This document shows, in pieces, positions 60,901-64,000 of a stretch of DNA of 64,000 bases (within the stretch, counting starts at the first letter, position 1; every line of letters begins with the position of its first letter). Source of the stretch: Macrostomum lignano (taxonomy: Eukaryota); the NCBI GenBank assembly GCA_002269645.1, contig NIVC01003373.1, positions 37,296 to 101,295 of the forward strand, given 5' to 3'. A program made the position numbers and the translations under genes. Under the pieces are notes generated by a model that worked only from the letters and a program-made list of their open reading frames with translations, ran no database searches and was not told the DNA's origin.

Positions 60901-62253
60901 TATAGCATTATCTATATCTTTTATTAATCTGGTAATTCTTTAGGTATCAATAATTAATTAGGTAATTCTTTATTTATCTGCTGACGAATCTATCAACTGA
61001 TTTTATTGACGCGTGACTAAAGTCCAGCTAAAACGATAAAAACACCAAATAATCACAGTAAGCCTTTTTTTAAATGTCCCAAAAAATCGAAAAATTGCTT
61101 CCGAGATTACGATAGCTTTAATAAATCAGCAATAATTTGATAAATTTAACGGGGCACAAAAATTCAAATACGCTCGTACGAAAGTTTAGGTAGACACAAA
61201 AAAACAAAAATTCGCAACTTAAAACAAAATTGAAGGCAAAATCAGAAGTACAACAACAGTAGGGTATAAAACCTACTAAAGTCAAACCGAGAACAACAAA
61301 AGTCCAACAAGATCGTTCTAGTGTTCGGGAAGGATTGCGTACTTGTTGGATGCTTTGTTACGCGACTGCTCTAAAAACTGATCTAATGGTTTTACTGCCA
61401 GAGACTAGAGGGATTTTTCTTACCAGAGACCTACCTAGTGAATGAAGACGCTGGTCGTCTTCAAGGTGGGACGATGGTTTATTTGCTCTTATTCTTTATG
61501 TATTAGGTCTAAATTAAGCACTAAGAAGATTACTGGGCTATATTTAGTATAGTTGTGTCCATGCTCGATAGGAAATCTCAATAAAAAGGTCACTCGCTTT
61601 AATGGTAGGTTAATATGAAGCACGAAATCAAGTTAAGTCACTCGACCACACCCCTGGAATTAGTAAGTCTACTGGTATAGTGGGGGCTCGCCGCCCGCAC
61701 ACTCTTTCTTTCTTTCTTTAATAAAATTTTCTTAAATAAATCAAAGCAATCACATGTAGCTAAAGACTAAAACAGACCTGCAAAACAGTAAAGGAAATAA
61801 ACAATAAAAACATCTGGTTTTAAATGAAAATTGATCTGTCACTCTATAATATTATTAATAATATGAAAATACGATATTTTAGAATATGAAATGACTGATT
61901 TTAAGATATCAAATGATATTACAATATCATTTTTACGAACGTATTTTTTGGTAAAATCGACTAGTACGAGTATTAAATTGGCTCCGTTGGGTTCAATTGT
62001 CTCCACATATACAAGCGTACTTTGAATATTATGCCAACTTAATTATCCGGAATATTCGTTAAACAATCAGATCTTAACTATAGCTACATGTAGTGTACTT
62101 CTAGTGATCATTTTAGCAAATATTGGAAATTTATAACAAGTATTTAGTAAAGACAACATTATTCAATGTACATGCGTGCAATTAAAGTTACTACGGAGAT
62201 TGTAATTTGGGAGAGACGACGCGCCTGGCATCATCCGGATACAGTCATGCCGT

Positions 62254-63568
62254 TCAAGCTCGAGATTCCCTCTTGTATTCGGACGTCTGCTGCGTTAGTT
62301 TGTCATCCAGATTGCTCCAAAACTTGAGTTGTTGTCTGACTTTGCGTAGCTTATCCTCTTTTTCCGGATTTTTCATCAACCCATGCAGAGTGTCGGACTC
62401 GGGCAGGAGCGCGTGAATCGAGTCCATCTCTTCCGCCAGCTTGTAGCTTAACTGGTACTGGATTGTTTTGGCCACATTGTCAACAGTTTGATCAGCGAGA
62501 ATGAGCAGGTACTTTGTTAGAAGTACATAGATTAATAGCTCATTTTCGTCCATGCTCTGTCTAAACGACTGTGGAATGTCATCAGCGGCGCTGTGCTCTC
62601 CATCTTCTTCATGATCCGGGAGGTCTTCACTGGAGAAGCTTTCTCGCGGTGCAGGTGGATTGTGACTACGATCGAGAGGTTTTATTATGTGGTTTGCGCT
62701 GTAGTACGAGTATAAATTCGTAATTCTCAGGGCAACTATCTAGAGTAATAAATCGCAGGCAATGGAAAATCACTATTTTACATTACACCGACGGCCAAAT
62801 GACATACGAAGTGTACTTAAGCTAAACAAAAAATGTTATGTCCTGCGGTGATATCCGTCTATTTGTTACAGTAGACGGCTATTTAAGTCAGGTTACACGA
62901 CGATACAACGTTATAATGTAGTACGATTGTACAGTCACAAGAGCGTCATGATTGTAGAGTTCGTACTGACTGTTCGTACTATTGAATTTAAAACAGATCA
63001 CCTGATGCCTTCCATTAATGATCAAATTCAAGTATTTGAAGCCTATGCAAAGTACTATAGGATTTTCAATAATTTCATACATAAGCTGTTTTATGCTTCT
63101 GTTCTACCGTAAAAATATTCACACGTTGACAAAGAGTTTCGTTAAATTTTGGCAATGCCAATGACATTTACATGTATCATAAACTAAAAATTGAATGTTG
63201 AAAGTAGTAAAAACTCTCTCACCCAACTCGATTAAACTGTCGTTCCGGGTCTGAACGCAGGTCGCCTCCATTTTCAAGACATTTTCGAGCCACTTGCGGG
63301 CATCCGTCTTGATCGTAGTTGTTTTTTTAGTCAGCCTCTCCTTCATGTAGTCTCTGAAGGGCGGATATTTACCAAAATTCACGTCGGCCAGTTGATCCAT
63401 GTAGTCAGTCACTGCGGTGCAAATTTTCTCGAATACACCCATTGTCAATGGCCAGAATTTATCATTGACCAGATTTTTTACGATGCGGCGCAGTACCGGA
63501 AATATTGGCCACCTGTTTGAACTCGCAACCGCGCTGGTCTTTGAACTCCTCCTTGACTTGCTTCAGCA
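62254..63568 (-). CDS. Mx/dynamin-like GTPase, stalk and GED exons only; about 63568-63223, possible 63042-63002, 62739-62254; one frameshift
   Basis: QRGCEFKQVAN/FPVLRRIVK has the same register as Mx RGRELPGFVNYRTFETIVK; ARKWLENVLKMEATCVQT; GED-like KYLLILADQTVDNVAKTIQYQL..LMKNPEKEDKLRKVRQQL; 1 extra nt near 63503. Confidence 0.7.
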
Positions 63569-64000
63569 CTGTAAATTGGCCGGGAGCAGACAAAATAGCT
63601 CAGTTGTGCACTGCTGTTCATGTGTGCTTGAATATTACAGGGAGCGGCATTGAATTGGCATCCAGAGATCGACAATGACTGGAGCTAAATGCGTTTAAAG
63701 ATTTGGTTGTTTCTCGCTATGACGGCCTTCTCAGAAAAAAATTGTCAAAAGGTTTCTGTCAAAACAGAAAGCAAAAAAGTTTAGCTTCTCAAGAAAACAC
63801 TTCTGGAAAATCTTCATGGAGCCAGTCGCAGAGTATTTACATGTACGTCCTACTATCCATGCGATGTCACTCCTGCGGCTGGACGTTTTTCGGCCCTTTT
63901 CCGTTTGTCGCGACTCTCGAAATCATCTCCTAAACTCATCTGCTCTCGTTCCGCGTCTCTCTGATTACTGTCCGTCCACTCTTGGTTTCTGGGGTTCGAT

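Noticed and set aside
61180-61800. LTR- or DIRS-like segment with a small hairpin near 61443-61463
   Set aside because: No termini, TSD or coding motif could be defined

Overview
This is eukaryotic, intron-rich, minisatellite-dense DNA. GC-rich exons, a private tandem repeat in almost every intron and frequent 21-35 bp units resemble a free-living flatworm such as Macrostomum; that assignment is inference only. Two genes are intact, with exon phases checked by hand: GOPC (+, 6 exons) and PPT1 (-, 4 exons). Damaged or partial genes: two copies of an SLC5 transporter first exon, an MPPE1-like metallophosphoesterase (1 frameshift), a probable LOTUS/Tudor-like gene, a deletion-riddled PSMD3 fragment, a STE/MAP3K-like kinase pseudogene and the 3' half of an Mx/dynamin-like GTPase. 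There is also a 4-TM ORF, a K/R-rich orphan ORF, and a duplicated pair of intronless ~108-aa orphan genes with conserved CCAAT/TATA promoters. Five insertions have exact target-site duplications (TSDs): a solo LTR (4 bp) splitting a Penelope RT, a 5'-truncated LINE (13 bp), a hAT element (8 bp), a Mutator-like MITE (9 bp) and a tRNA-derived SINE (13 bp). No CRISPR, rRNA or intact tRNA gene was found. All homology calls come from motif recognition, not database searches. Best leads: the orphan gene pair, tandem arrays of 5' splice sites, the 17-kb cassette of broken genes between SLC5 exon-1 repeats, the Mx-like and LOTUS-like genes, a covarying SINE hairpin, and a CpG-free TpA-rich island over GOPC exon 1.
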